A stretch of 64,000 nucleotides of DNA from Candidatus Marinacidobacterales bacterium (GCA_965226495.1 OZ245365.1:6080001-6144000); one strand, 5' to 3'; positions 30,315 to 41,373 are shown, numbered from the stretch's first letter. Numbers and translations: made by a program. Notes: generated from the letters alone by a model not told the origin.

Positions 30315-31471
30315 TCGACGAACAGGCGATTCATCGTGGCCGCCTCACCGAGCTCGGGCTCGGTTCGGTACCACGTGAAGTTTAGAGATTGTCCCGCCGG
30401 CATGGCAACGCGGAAATCGACCCGGGTGCCGTTCAAATTGGATGCGCGGCTGGTGTCGGACTGGGTGTAAGCATAGAGAATGGCGTCGGGCTGCGAGTAG
30501 TAGTAGGTGAAGCGAATCGCGAGATCTCCAAAATTTCTTCCGCCTCCAACCGCGGCGCGAAAGAAAAAGCCGGTGTCGTTATCCGTTCCTGTTCCCTGGG
30601 CGCCGGTGCCGATCTCGGTACCGAGTTGGTTCTTGGCACCGGTGTTCTTGTAGTAGAAGAAACGAAAGGCCAAAGGCCAATCTTCAATCGATCCGTTGCG
30701 CCAGTCGGCGAAGGCGGTCAAAACGCGGAAATCGCTCACCAGCCGTCCCGACTCATCTAGCAAGTTGGTCACTCTGTTTCCCCCGAGCTCACCGGCGAGG
30801 GTCAGGTCCACAACGAGTTGAGGGTCGACGTAATAGTCGTAGCCCATACCAACCACAAGCGTGTCATGTTCTCCGATCTTGAATCGGGGGCGAACCTGAG
30901 CTCCGAGTAGCCAGGCGGCCTCTTCATCACCCTGCTCGAGAACGATCTGATAGACGCTCGCGCCAAGACGCTCTAGGATTCCCTCGTCTGCGCTTTCCAG
31001 CCTCAACCGCTGCATGAAGCCTTCCGTGGTCACGTCGCTGTCCCACTGCATATCCGAGACCACCCAATACCTGCGATGCTCGAATTTGCCGGCGACCACA
31101 TAGAAACTCTTGGCGAGTCGGAAGTCCGCGTAGACTTCGGCCAGCTTGAAGTCCTTTTTTCCGAGGCCTCCACCAAAGTCCTGATTGTCGGAGACGGGGT
31201 TTCTTGGATTGCCGCTCCGGAACTCGAATCCTGCGTCGAGGAAATCGTTGACGTCGGCTTCGACTCCAGCCCTCAATCGATATCGAAAGACGTCCTCGAA
31301 TTCCTCCCGCTTCCTCGCGTCATAGCGGAAACGCAAATCGGCGTAGAAGTCCATCTTCTCGTACCATTGCTTGGGTGGATCTTCAGGGGGGTCTTGAGGT
31401 TCTTGGGACTGGGCGAATAAAGAAGTGCCCAGAGTGAGCAGGGCGCAGGTGCACAAAAGAACTTTCTTCAC
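30296..31471 (-). CDS. Putative outer-membrane porin
   Basis: Signal peptide; DLRFRY, RYRLRAG, NPVSDNQ, WDSD; terminal Phe. Confidence 0.75.
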   Translation of the reverse strand: MKKVLLCTCALLTLGTSLFAQSQEPQDPPEDPPKQWYEKMDFYADLRFRYDARKREEFEDVFRYRLRAGVEADVNDFLDAGFEFRSGNPRNPVSDNQDFGGGLGKKDFKLAEVYADFRLAKSFYVVAGKFEHRRYWVVSDMQWDSDVTTEGFMQRLRLESADEGILERLGASVYQIVLEQGDEEAAWLLGAQVRPRFKIGEHDTLVVGMGYDYYVDPQLVVDLTLAGELGGNRVTNLLDESGRLVSDFRVLTAFADWRNGSIEDWPLAFRFFYYKNTGAKNQLGTEIGTGAQGTGTDNDTGFFFRAAVGGGRNFGDLAIRFTYYYSQPDAILYAYTQSDTSRASNLNGTRVDFRVAMPAGQSLNFTWYRTEPELGEAATMNRLFVDYVLGF

Positions 31472-31568
31472 ATTCCTCTCTCTTGTTTGGATGGGCGGAT
31501 TTTCTCAAAGAGGCGCGTCAATGTGAAGCCCTTTTTTGGGAATCTTGATTCCTGACCGGAGTGGCACT

Positions 31569-33811
31569 ATGATGCGCCTCTCTATGGGCCAGCGTCCCCT
31601 CTCTTTCCCCCTAGTGGTAGGGGCCCTCGGCCTTTTCTCCGCCTGCGGGGGTGCGCCCGATGAGGTCAATGCACCGCCAGCCATCCGTTTGGTGGATGTC
31701 TTCCAAACGGCCGCCGTCGAGGGCGCGGCTTCCAATAGACCGGCTATCGCACCCACCGAGTGGCGCTTCGACAAGGGGCAGGGCCCAGACCTCTGGAAGT
31801 CCGGGCGGGGTGTCGCCGAGCTTACGGTGCGGGAGGGACGTCTCCGGGGAACCAGCACCAACGATTTTCCGATCGTCCACATAGAGCGAACAACCGAGCT
31901 CGACAACGTGGACCTCCTGCATAGCGTCGAGGTTCGGGTGCGGGTCTCCAAGGGAACCAATCTTTCGATGACTGTCATCGGCACGGAAGAGATCGATTTC
32001 GATCGCCTCATCGAGCGATCCGCGGTGATCCCTTGGCCGCTCCGAACTCCCATTGTCGCCGGGGATGAGCTCCAGACCTACACCATGACCACCGCAACGG
32101 CCGCTTTTCAGACATCCTTTCCCTCTTCGGACATTCGTCACATTTTGCTCCGGCCGACCGACGCGTCGGGGGCGGACTTCGAGATCGAATCGGTGCGCCT
32201 CATCTTCCGGAGTGAGCATTTGGCCGGCATTCCTTCGGGAGTCAGCTGGCAAGGTTTCGGAGACATCTTCCGCGAAACGATCGTCACGCGCTCACCGGAA
32301 AGAGTGCGTTTCACCATGATACTTCCGCAGCAACCCATGCTCGACCTCGCGGTGGGCACGGTGGAAGATGGGCCGATCAGGTTCAGCGTCGCAATAAATC
32401 AAGGGGCGAACACGTTCAGCGTACTCGAGCGAACGATTACCACGCCCGATCGTTGGGAGGCGGTGTACGTGGACCTGGGTAAGTTTGCTGGTGACACGGT
32501 GACGCTCTCGTTGGGAGTCGACGCGGAGCAAGAAGGTGCCCTCGGATTCTGGGGTGCTCCCGCGGTGCGGAGTAAGGCCGTGCCGCCACCGGCCGCTAAC
32601 GGCTTCGCCCGACCTCAGGGAGTCGTCTACATCTTCGTCGATACACTGCGTTCCGATCACCTCGACGCCTACGGCTATGATCGTGAGACGGCTCCCACCG
32701 TCTCGCGCCTCGCCGCCGAAGGGACGCTCTTCCGAGACAACATCGCGCAGGGCGCTTGGACGAAAGTGTCGGCGCCCTCGATGTACACGGCGTTTTATCC
32801 AAGCACTCTGGGGATCGTGGACTTTACGGATCGGGTGCCGTCGGCCGCGGTAACCATGGCGGAGGCCTACCGCGAGGCGGGCTATGCGACTTGGGCGACG
32901 TCTTCGGTGCCGTTCACCGGCCGGCTTGCCAATATGCACCAAGGACTCGAGGTGCTGCACGAGCGCGGCTCGTTCGATTCGCCGGAGGGTCAAAGTGGGA
33001 GTAAGACTGCGAGGGAGTTCGTCGATCGTCTACTTCCCTGGCTCGCGGCGTCGATCCGGACGCGTTCGTCCGAACCGAGCTCGATTGGTACGACGGTTCG
33101 ATCCGCGGTGCCGACGCCGAGCTCGAGCGAGTCATGGAAAAGCTCCGCGAGCTCGGGCTGGATGAAAAAACGCTGGTCGTATTCATCAGCGATCATGGCG
33201 AGGAGTTTTTGGATCACGATGAGCACTTCCACGAGATGGACGTCTACGGTGAGATGATCAATGTCCCACTCATCATGAGGTGGCCTGGCGTGGTGCCGGC
33301 GGGAGCAGTGATCGAGGAGACAGTTCAAAACGTCGACGTCATGCCGACGCTTTTAGAGCTCAGTGGCATTGCGCTTCCGGAGGGAATCCAGGGACGCAGC
33401 CTCGTGCCCCTGTTGAGGAAGTCGTCCGCGAACGGCGAAATGTCCGGTTTCTCACCCGACGCCCGCTGGCAGAAGCGGCCCGCGGTTTCTGAATGGGAGA
33501 GGCGTAAAGACCAACTCGAAATCCGCGACGTGGACGCCTTCTCGATTATCCTCGACGGTTGGAAGCTCATCCACAACGTGGAAAGAAGTGAGGGTCATCC
33601 CGAGTACGAGCTCTACGATCACGGAAAGGATCCTCTCGATCAGAAAGACCTGGCCTCCGAGAACCCGGAGATCGTCGAGCGTCTTGCGGAACAGCTAGAC
33701 CGCTGGCATGAATGGGCACTGGCCGCCCGCCTGCCGTCCGATGCGGAAACGACGGAAGGCTTGCCTGCGGAAGAGCTGGAGCGACTCCGAAGCCTGGGCT
33801 ACGTCCAGTAG
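31569..33811 (+). pseudogene. Sulfatase-like (alkaline phosphatase superfamily) lipoprotein with internal deletion/frameshift near 33046
   Basis: FSAC lipobox; DTLRSDHL..YGY, WTKVS; after shift YDGSI, SDHGEEF, VDVMPT, ERLRSLGY; the expected HxPY region is absent. Confidence 0.8.
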
Positions 33812-33842
33812 TTTCGTTTACAATGGGGCTCCGGTGAGCCCC

Positions 33843-34493
33843 GTGAAATCCTCTCGGCAATACAAGCGCCCCGCTTTCTTGACTCTCGTCCTCGTCTTGT
33901 TTTTCCCCCTCGGGGTGGGGCATGCGGGCCAGGCAGGCAAAATCAACCTCGACAAGGGCGTGTTTCTCGTCGCCAAGCCCAAGATCAGCGAAGGACCCTT
34001 CAGCGAAAGCGTGGTGCTTCTGCTCATGCATGGGGAAACGGGAACCCTCGGCGTAATCGTGAACCGTCTGACCGAGGTCTCGCTCGATGACGTGCTGCCC
34101 GATCTCGAGAGGGGAAGCAAGGAGACGCACCGCGTGTTTTTCGGGGGGCCGGTGGCATTGAACGGCCTCCTTTTCGTGTTTCGTTCGGCACGTCCGCCCG
34201 AGGGAGCGACGCATGTCATGGGGGACGTTTATTTCAGCGCCGACCTCGAGGTTTTCGAGAAAGTGCTGAAGCGAAAGACGAGCTCGAGCGCGCTCCGTCT
34301 TTTCTTGGGTCACTCCGGCTGGGGGTCGGGACAGCTCAAATGGGAGATTGGTCGCGGCGATTGGGAGCTGGTTCGCGCCGACACAGAGACCGTCTTCGAG
34401 AAGGATCCGGATATGATTTGGCCCGAGTTAATGGGCCCGGTCACGCGGCAGGTGGTGGAAGGTCGAGACGTCAGGGAGTATCGGACACCGTAA
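33843..34493 (+). CDS. YqgE/AlgH (DUF179) family protein
   Basis: FSESVVLL, GVIVNR, FFGGPV, GHSGW..GQL..EI..GDW; start uncertain. Confidence 0.85.
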   Translation: MKSSRQYKRPAFLTLVLVLFFPLGVGHAGQAGKINLDKGVFLVAKPKISEGPFSESVVLLLMHGETGTLGVIVNRLTEVSLDDVLPDLERGSKETHRVFFGGPVALNGLLFVFRSARPPEGATHVMGDVYFSADLEVFEKVLKRKTSSSALRLFLGHSGWGSGQLKWEIGRGDWELVRADTETVFEKDPDMIWPELMGPVTRQVVEGRDVREYRTP

Positions 34494-36174
34494 ACGACGT
34501 CATCATGCCGGCGTGAAGGTGCTCGGCGATGTGACAGTGAAGCATCCACTCGCCAGGATTCGACATGTCGACCAGAATATCCATCGTCGTGCCAACCGGA
34601 ACGATCGCGGTGTCCTTCCAAACCATGTTTTGGTTGGGGACGGCATCGATGGAAAGTACGAGAAATCGCTGCCCGTGGAGATGAATGGGGTGGTTCATTG
34701 GGTGGATGGTCTGGGGGTCGTTAAATATCCGGATCTTGACGACCTCGCCTTTCTTGAACCCCCAGTGAATGTCCATGTTCTCTTTGCCCGTGTCGGGATC
34801 GCGGAGAATCCAATGCACCTGCTCGGCGCTCGACAGCCAGTTCATCATGGGCATGGCGTCGTTCCATTCCATCGGAGGCGCATACAGGCCGGACTCGAAC
34901 TGCATGGCCCGTACGATGGGAAGAGGCAGGTCCTGGATGCGAAGAATCAGCTCCAGCTGATGGTCGACCTCTTTGTCGAAGTGCTTACGGTAGGCGTCCA
35001 CGTCTTCTTGGACGTCCTTGTTCTCTCGGAGTGTAAAGAAGCTCTCGTGTAGATTCTGCGTCACCGGCTCGTTCGAGACGGTGACCCTTCCGAGTCGGTC
35101 GACCCGAGGCTTGAACTCACCACGGAACTCGTCGATAGCCTGGATCGAATTCGTGATCTCGAGATCGCCCGGCTCATCGAAGTAGACCTCGACCACGTAC
35201 CGTTCCGCAGGTGCGATCACAACGCTATCCACCCAAACCTCACGCTCGTACTTGCTCACGTCGGACGCGATGATTTTGATCTTCGCTCCTCCGAAGACGA
35301 CGTTGAAGGTCCGCGAGTTGGCAACATTGGTTAGGTAGAAGCGAACCACTTCACCCCGTGCCACTGCGAGTTGGTAGTCGGTGGCCCCGTTCACCAGCAT
35401 CACGTTCCCGAATCGTCCCATCAGGGCATGGGTGACCGCCCGGTCGCCGTAGGGGATCAAGCCTAGTTCGTCGATGAGGATGTCGTCGAGGATCAGAAGC
35501 TCTTCTCGATTGACGGGGTTGTAGTAGTCGGCCTCGGGCGGAGCGACCAGCATGTTCCCGTAGAGTCCGAGATCCTGCTGGACGTCCTCTCGCATGTGAG
35601 GGTGATACCAGTAGATACCGGTATCTCGAAAAAAAAGCTCGTAGGTGAAGCTCTCGCCCGGTTTGACGGGCGGTTGGGTAATGTTGGGGACGCCATCGAA
35701 GCGATTATCGAGCCGCAGGCCGTGCCAATGCACGGTGGTGGGCATCTTGATCTCGTTCTTGAACTCGACGATGACCGTCGATCCTTTGGCAGCCTTGATC
35801 AGTGGTCCCGGGTACTGGCCGTTGTAGCCGAACATGAGGAAGGTCTTACCGTTGATGGTGCGCCGCACCAGACTGGCGCTCATCTCCATGGTTTCCCCAT
35901 CCTTCATGTCTACGATTTCGGCCGGTTTTGCCTCGGGAAACATGTCGAGGTGATCCTCATCCATTCCGGGCAGGAACGGCCCCACGATGGGAACCGCATC
36001 TTCCAAACCGGGCATCGGCGGCATAGGGAAGTCGTGAGGAGGCATCCGCCACGCGTTTGGATCGGAACCACCGCCGTGATGCATGTGGCCTTCCTGTTTG
36101 GTTTCTTCCACCGACGGAGCAAAGGCGGCGACAGAGAGGAGAAATGCCGGGGCGAGGAGAGAAACCACCTTCAT
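34471..36174 (-). CDS. Multicopper oxidase (laccase/CueO-like)
   Basis: HWHG, WYHPH, HPIHLHG, HCHIAEHLHAGM; signal peptide and His/Met-rich N-terminus. Confidence 0.95.
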   Translation of the reverse strand: MKVVSLLAPAFLLSVAAFAPSVEETKQEGHMHHGGGSDPNAWRMPPHDFPMPPMPGLEDAVPIVGPFLPGMDEDHLDMFPEAKPAEIVDMKDGETMEMSASLVRRTINGKTFLMFGYNGQYPGPLIKAAKGSTVIVEFKNEIKMPTTVHWHGLRLDNRFDGVPNITQPPVKPGESFTYELFFRDTGIYWYHPHMREDVQQDLGLYGNMLVAPPEADYYNPVNREELLILDDILIDELGLIPYGDRAVTHALMGRFGNVMLVNGATDYQLAVARGEVVRFYLTNVANSRTFNVVFGGAKIKIIASDVSKYEREVWVDSVVIAPAERYVVEVYFDEPGDLEITNSIQAIDEFRGEFKPRVDRLGRVTVSNEPVTQNLHESFFTLRENKDVQEDVDAYRKHFDKEVDHQLELILRIQDLPLPIVRAMQFESGLYAPPMEWNDAMPMMNWLSSAEQVHWILRDPDTGKENMDIHWGFKKGEVVKIRIFNDPQTIHPMNHPIHLHGQRFLVLSIDAVPNQNMVWKDTAIVPVGTTMDILVDMSNPGEWMLHCHIAEHLHAGMMTSFTVSDTP

Positions 36175-36202
36175 CGTGTCGGTCCGTGGTGTCGCAGCTT
36201 TT

Positions 36203-36790
36203 CTAGAATCCGTATGTGGCGCAGGGCTCCAGCTCGAAAGGACCGTGGCCGGCCATCGTGTGCATGAGTCCGCTCCGTGACATGCCACGTAGGATGATCG
36301 GTCCCTGCCACGTGTCGGTGGGCTCGGTCGAAGGCTCGAGGGTGATGATCACAAGAAACTTGTTCCACTCCACCCGACCGGATGCCGCGAAGCTTTCGTC
36401 CAAGGCTCCGAGTCGCTCTACCTGATCGAGCTCTGGCGTCGAGATCCAGACCGTGTAGACGCCTTTCTTGGATGGCGCTAAGCGCTCGACGCGAAGCTCT
36501 ATTTCGTAGATGTAGCTTCCCTTCGGCGAGACCGAAACGCCGAAGGGGGACGTCGCAAAGTTGATCCGGGCCGTCCCCTTCGCGAGCCCGGTGCCAGCAA
36601 CCCGCTTGGTCGTCACCAGGGGGATCTGGTAGTACGTGGAGCTTCCGATGAGATCCCGAGCCACTCCGCTGCAAGGGCTACGAGGAGCGGATTTTTCCGG
36701 CGCCGGGCTTGCCGCAGTCAAGAGCATGAGGGAGAGCGCAACAGGGAGCGCGAGACCCATGCCGGTCAGCGCCCTCCCGGTTCGCTTCAC
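36203..36790 (-). CDS. Secreted hypothetical protein with C-terminal MHTMAGHG motif
   Basis: GTGA overlap with upstream gene; signal peptide; two Cys. Confidence 0.75.
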   Translation of the reverse strand: MKRTGRALTGMGLALPVALSLMLLTAASPAPEKSAPRSPCSGVARDLIGSSTYYQIPLVTTKRVAGTGLAKGTARINFATSPFGVSVSPKGSYIYEIELRVERLAPSKKGVYTVWISTPELDQVERLGALDESFAASGRVEWNKFLVIITLEPSTEPTDTWQGPIILRGMSRSGLMHTMAGHGPFELEPCATYGF

Positions 36791-38184
36791 TGATCTTTTC
36801 CTCCGGTCGGTCCGTTCTCCCAATCCTGCGCGCTCGAGATGTCGGGGACGCCCCAATCCGCACCGTTCCAGCCTTGGAAACCGTCCATGCGGAAAACCCA
36901 GAAACCGGTGGTCATATCGCTGACGACAATGAGTCCGTCGGCATTACGGATGTCGACACCAAACGCACCGTTGTAGACAGGAGTTCGATCGGAGTTCGGT
37001 GGGCCCAGATAGGTGTCGTAATAGCCGACCGTCACCGGGTTTTTCGGATCCATCAGGCTGAAAATCTGTAGCCCATCGAGATAGCCGGACACGAACACGT
37101 ACGGCCAGCGGATCTCGTGGTTGTGGACGAGATTCTTCCAGTTGGCGGTCCAGGCGCCGATAGGTTGATTGATGTTCTTCACTTCTCCGTCGAGAGCAGG
37201 CTTCAGATCAAAAATGCGAAGCGGCGCGTATTGATACTCGGTCTCCGCCACAACGTACCGCCCATCCGACGTGGGAGTGAAAGTATGGCCGCTGCGAACG
37301 CCTCTGATTCCAGTCAACGAAATGACGAGCTGTGGCTCTTCCAGATCGGTGACGTTGTAGATGTAGTAGCCACCCGTGCCGCCGCCGTAGAACCTATCTT
37401 GGCCGGTATCCTTGTGGTAGCCGACGTAAAAATCGTGGTAGCCCATCCGGCGCGCCAAAAAATTCGCAGCTTCGCCTCCTCCCTCTCGCATCGGCTTGTA
37501 CTGGTCGCCCGATGCGTCCGGCACGGGGACCTTAGCGACCAACATGTCGTCGTGGAATCCCTCGACCACGTACCCTAAGTCGTAGACGTGCGCGAAGGGT
37601 CCACTAACGGTCGTGAAGAGGAGCACGCGACCGTTGGTGTGCTTGTAGACGAAGATGTTGTGGAATCCCTCGGGAGTATCCGGCTCTCGGATACGGGCAA
37701 CTTCCTTGACCTTGGACGGATCGGGGAGGCCGGTTACATCGAGGACGACGGCGCCGAGATCGGCGTCCGGTCCGCCCTGCTTGAACTGCAGTGACTGGAC
37801 GACGTAATAGCGTCCCTTCCACTTGAAGTGCTTGACGTCCATCCCGCCCAGCCCCACATGGAGATCCTGGTTCTCGATCCTCCACTTGTAGATCCGCTTG
37901 GGCTTGGCGGGATCGGAAATGTCGATGATGTCCATCCCCCGCTCGCCCTCGTCACCGTAAACCATGCGGCCCACATAGGCGTAGGGCCGATCGAGCTCCT
38001 GCTCAACGTCGATATCGGAGACGTTGAGTCGGGGCCCGAGTGGCAAGTGGGAGATGACCTTGATGTTGGGGCTCCCCGGGTTGTCGGCCGTCCACTCTTC
38101 GGAGCGGACCGTAGGGGTACCAGGAAGGAAGGCGACGGCTAGCATGAAAATCGCGGACCCTGTAAAAGCACGGCGGAACGTCAT
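36787..38184 (-). CDS. LVIVD-repeat (choice-of-anchor B-like) secreted beta-propeller
   Basis: MDIIDISDP, VLDVT, IYNVTD, LQIFSLMDPKNP..VGYYDT, SDMTTG. Confidence 0.8.
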   Translation of the reverse strand: MTFRRAFTGSAIFMLAVAFLPGTPTVRSEEWTADNPGSPNIKVISHLPLGPRLNVSDIDVEQELDRPYAYVGRMVYGDEGERGMDIIDISDPAKPKRIYKWRIENQDLHVGLGGMDVKHFKWKGRYYVVQSLQFKQGGPDADLGAVVLDVTGLPDPSKVKEVARIREPDTPEGFHNIFVYKHTNGRVLLFTTVSGPFAHVYDLGYVVEGFHDDMLVAKVPVPDASGDQYKPMREGGGEAANFLARRMGYHDFYVGYHKDTGQDRFYGGGTGGYYIYNVTDLEEPQLVISLTGIRGVRSGHTFTPTSDGRYVVAETEYQYAPLRIFDLKPALDGEVKNINQPIGAWTANWKNLVHNHEIRWPYVFVSGYLDGLQIFSLMDPKNPVTVGYYDTYLGPPNSDRTPVYNGAFGVDIRNADGLIVVSDMTTGFWVFRMDGFQGWNGADWGVPDISSAQDWENGPTGGKDQ

Positions 38185-38308
38185 GATTTACCTCGCTAGA
38201 GAGCAGTTGATGAACTAAGGGCCCCGTTGGAGCGCGAGCCGGCCCCTATTCTATATGACAGATGGCCCCGATCAGAAGTGCCCCAGAAGCCCCCGCCGGC
38301 TAGGGTGT

Positions 38309-39349
38309 CTAGGGGCCAATGGGGCTCGGCGCTGCCGGGCCTTCCAGGCTTGGTCGTGGAGCCGGAGATTCCAGCAGCTCGCCGAGTTTCGGGTACTGAG
38401 TTCCGAAGAAGTGAAGCGCGTAGGCTTGGAAAAAGACCATCGCCGGCGCATAGACGAGCGCCATCAAATAGAGGATCACGAGAACGATGACGCCGCCGAG
38501 CACCGAGACTAGCGCGATGGTGCCGGGGCTCCAGGTGACTCCCGCCGCCTGTCCCACGATGGCGGCGATGATGCCCGGAAGGAGCACAGCGAGGAACAGC
38601 GTCAAGGCCAGGATGACATAGAGGATGGTAAAGAAGATGGCGCTTCCGAGAGCGAGTAAAGCCTTCATCACGACGAACAAGATGTAGGCAGCCTTGTTCA
38701 CATTCACCATCGGCCAGAGTCGGCGCCAGCCTTCCAGCACGCCAATGTTCTCGAGCGCCATCAACGGTACGACCCAATCCCTCACCGCCAAACTTGCGAC
38801 CATCGTCGCGACGAGGAGAGCCAAGAACAGGAAGAAAAGTACGACCCCTCCGATGACTAAGAGCACGACATGCTCTTCGGGCGTGTCGAAGATCCCCGCG
38901 ATCCACGCTAAGCCGGCCGGCACCCCGAAGAACAGCGTGAAGACGAAAATCATGATTGCAGTAAACCCGATCCACCAAAGGAAGAGGCTACGTCCCTGTC
39001 GTTGCCAACGGACCCAACCTTCCGCAATCACGCATCGGTTGTTGAGAACCGAGTCGAACAGAATGAACCGGAAGACGCTCGCCACATAGGTGAGGAACAA
39101 GAGCAGGATCGTCGCCGCGACACTCGCACCGATAACGAGCGGAACGGCTGGCGTTGCCGCCAGAAGCTCTTCGGACGTGTCGCTCGGGATGTCGGGAAAG
39201 TTGAAACCTCCGCCCGAGAACTCCCAGGTCAAAAGAGACACGACGCCGAGGCGAAGCCACTGGCCGAGACGGAAAGGCCTGAAGAGTTGTTTGATGGTTC
39301 GCTCGAAGGCGGGGCCTATCGTATCGACCGCCTGCGAGGATGAGCTCAT
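38309..39349 (-). CDS. Hypothetical multi-pass membrane protein
   Basis: AFERTIKQLFRPFRLGQWLRLG; about 5-6 TM segments. Confidence 0.8.
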   Translation of the reverse strand: MSSSSQAVDTIGPAFERTIKQLFRPFRLGQWLRLGVVSLLTWEFSGGGFNFPDIPSDTSEELLAATPAVPLVIGASVAATILLLFLTYVASVFRFILFDSVLNNRCVIAEGWVRWQRQGRSLFLWWIGFTAIMIFVFTLFFGVPAGLAWIAGIFDTPEEHVVLLVIGGVVLFFLFLALLVATMVASLAVRDWVVPLMALENIGVLEGWRRLWPMVNVNKAAYILFVVMKALLALGSAIFFTILYVILALTLFLAVLLPGIIAAIVGQAAGVTWSPGTIALVSVLGGVIVLVILYLMALVYAPAMVFFQAYALHFFGTQYPKLGELLESPAPRPSLEGPAAPSPIGP

Positions 39350-39377
39350 GAAATGATTATCTCATACGCGCCGTTCG

Positions 39378-40706
39378 CTATCTGATCCTCCACCCGCTTT
39401 CCGGCCCGCCATGGAGGAATTTCTCCGGCTCCATCACGCCGTCTCGTTTGAAGACCAGCCCGTCTTTCATCACGAACTGGACATTGCGGAGGGCGTCGAT
39501 GTCCTCCAGCGGGTTTCCCAGCACCGCGATGATATCGGCCGCCAGCCCAGCTTTGATCGGTCCGCGCGCCTTTTCCGTCTGAGAACATTTGTACCCGTTG
39601 ATTGTCATGGCTTTGAGGATCTCAGGAGCGGGAAGCTCGGCGGCCTTCCACGTGAGGAGAAAGTCGATAGCAACTTCCCCTCGACTCATGCCGGGGACGT
39701 AGTAGTCGGCGTCGGTGGAAAACGTGAGCGGTACCTTGTTCTCGTAGGCATTCTTCAGCCCGGCTACAGTCTTCCCGAACTCCTCCTGGCTTCCACGGTA
39801 GGCGGTGAAAGGTGTTTCGGTTCCGGCTCGCCAGATTCCTTTCGCTGCCATTTGCTTGTGGGTCTCGTCGTCGAGAGCCCTTGAGTGCGCGATAGACCAG
39901 ATTCCCGCTTCGATGGCGCGACGAGCCCCATCCGGAGTTTGAACGTGCCCTTCGACCACCATGCCGGACTTCGCCGCTTCCGCGACAAAGAGTTTCATCT
40001 CGTCCACCGTGTATCCGTAGGGTTTGGAGTCCACCATGATCTTGATGACTTTGGCGCCGAAGAGGATGTTTTGACGGACCGCCTTGACGATCTCGTCGTT
40101 GGTGTCCGCGTCGAGGTACTCCGGGTAGACGATGTTGTGGTCGAGCGCCATCTCCGGCGTGGGCCAAAATTGCCCTCCCATTCCACCAATAATGAGGCCG
40201 GAGTTAATGATGGTAGGACCGGGCACCCAGCCTTGCTCGATGGCAACCCTGAGCGCGGTGTCCGCATAGTTCCCGGCGTTTCCCATGTCACGGACGATGG
40301 TGAACCCCGAGGAGAGCATCTGCATCCCGTTCGAAACGGCCTGGATCGCGCGTATGGGGGTCGAGTCGAGAACATAGGTTAAGTAGTAGACGTCATTCTC
40401 GGGAACCTTCTTGTAGGTAAGCGCGAGGTGGTTGTGAGTGTCGACGAGTCCCGGAAGGACGCTCAACCCCGAGAGGTCGATCCATTCGGCTCCTGTGGGG
40501 ACGTTGACGTTCGCACCCACCGCTCGGATCTTTCCGTCTTCGACCAGAATGACCTGGTTTGTGGCCGAAGTTCCGAACTCGGGGTCGATGAGATGGCCGG
40601 CGCGGATAGCGGTGACCTGGGCGAGAAGGAGGGATGGGGCACCCACCAGAAAGATCGACACGGCGGGCGCCAACAAGCGACTGCGGAGCGAAAGTCTATC
40701 TGACAT
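39378..40706 (-). CDS. Secreted amidohydrolase family protein
   Basis: LPGLVDTHNH, VRDMG, GAKVIK, FSTDA, ADIIAV.GNPLEDI. Confidence 0.9.
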   Translation of the reverse strand: MSDRLSLRSRLLAPAVSIFLVGAPSLLLAQVTAIRAGHLIDPEFGTSATNQVILVEDGKIRAVGANVNVPTGAEWIDLSGLSVLPGLVDTHNHLALTYKKVPENDVYYLTYVLDSTPIRAIQAVSNGMQMLSSGFTIVRDMGNAGNYADTALRVAIEQGWVPGPTIINSGLIIGGMGGQFWPTPEMALDHNIVYPEYLDADTNDEIVKAVRQNILFGAKVIKIMVDSKPYGYTVDEMKLFVAEAAKSGMVVEGHVQTPDGARRAIEAGIWSIAHSRALDDETHKQMAAKGIWRAGTETPFTAYRGSQEEFGKTVAGLKNAYENKVPLTFSTDADYYVPGMSRGEVAIDFLLTWKAAELPAPEILKAMTINGYKCSQTEKARGPIKAGLAADIIAVLGNPLEDIDALRNVQFVMKDGLVFKRDGVMEPEKFLHGGPESGWRIR

Positions 40707-40791
40707 GAATGATCTCCTATTAATAAGGACGAAGAAACAGAAAGAGACTAGGCGGCGGTCATTATATAGGGGGCTTGTTCGATCGGTGCTG

Positions 40792-41373
40792 CTATGCGGA
40801 AGCGGGTCGACGAGAGCGCCACGCCAGTAGCTTTCGGGTCAGGAGAACGAGGAGAAGCACCACTAACGCGAACGCAATGACCGGCAGAACGACAGCCAAA
40901 ATCGCAAAAACCACCGCCCCCCCGGCTTCGACTGTCGAGACGAGCGGGTTCGCCAGCCCTCCCGTTGTGAGGGTCGACGTGTGGCGGATGGCGGTAGTCG
41001 CGGCCTGCACGATGCCGGCGATTCCGCCACCGCCGATGGCGGCCAAGGTCCATTTGAGGAATGGATCGATGTCGGTCAGGGTGGACGCGGTGACGATGGT
41101 TCCCGCGACAACGGCCGAGGGAGCGGCAAGCGTGTCGAGAAGATTGTCCACCCACGGAATGTAATAAGCCGCGATCTCGAAAAGGGTCGCGGTGGCGAAC
41201 GCCACAAGAGCGGGCGTCGTCGCGATCCACTGGAAGCCGCCGCCGAGTTCTAAATGCCCGCTATGGGCCGCGATGCTCATGACGAGAAAAGGGACGAAGA
41301 TCCGAAAGCCGCATGCGGCAGCGAGGCCCAAGCCCACGAAGAGGCTGGTGAGCGTGGCCATCGAGAATTCCAT
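40792..41373 (-). CDS. DUF4126 domain membrane protein
   Basis: GLAAACGFRIFVP, YYIPWVDNLLD, TGGLANPLVSTVE. Confidence 0.88.
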   Translation of the reverse strand: MEFSMATLTSLFVGLGLAAACGFRIFVPFLVMSIAAHSGHLELGGGFQWIATTPALVAFATATLFEIAAYYIPWVDNLLDTLAAPSAVVAGTIVTASTLTDIDPFLKWTLAAIGGGGIAGIVQAATTAIRHTSTLTTGGLANPLVSTVEAGGAVVFAILAVVLPVIAFALVVLLLVLLTRKLLAWRSRRPASA

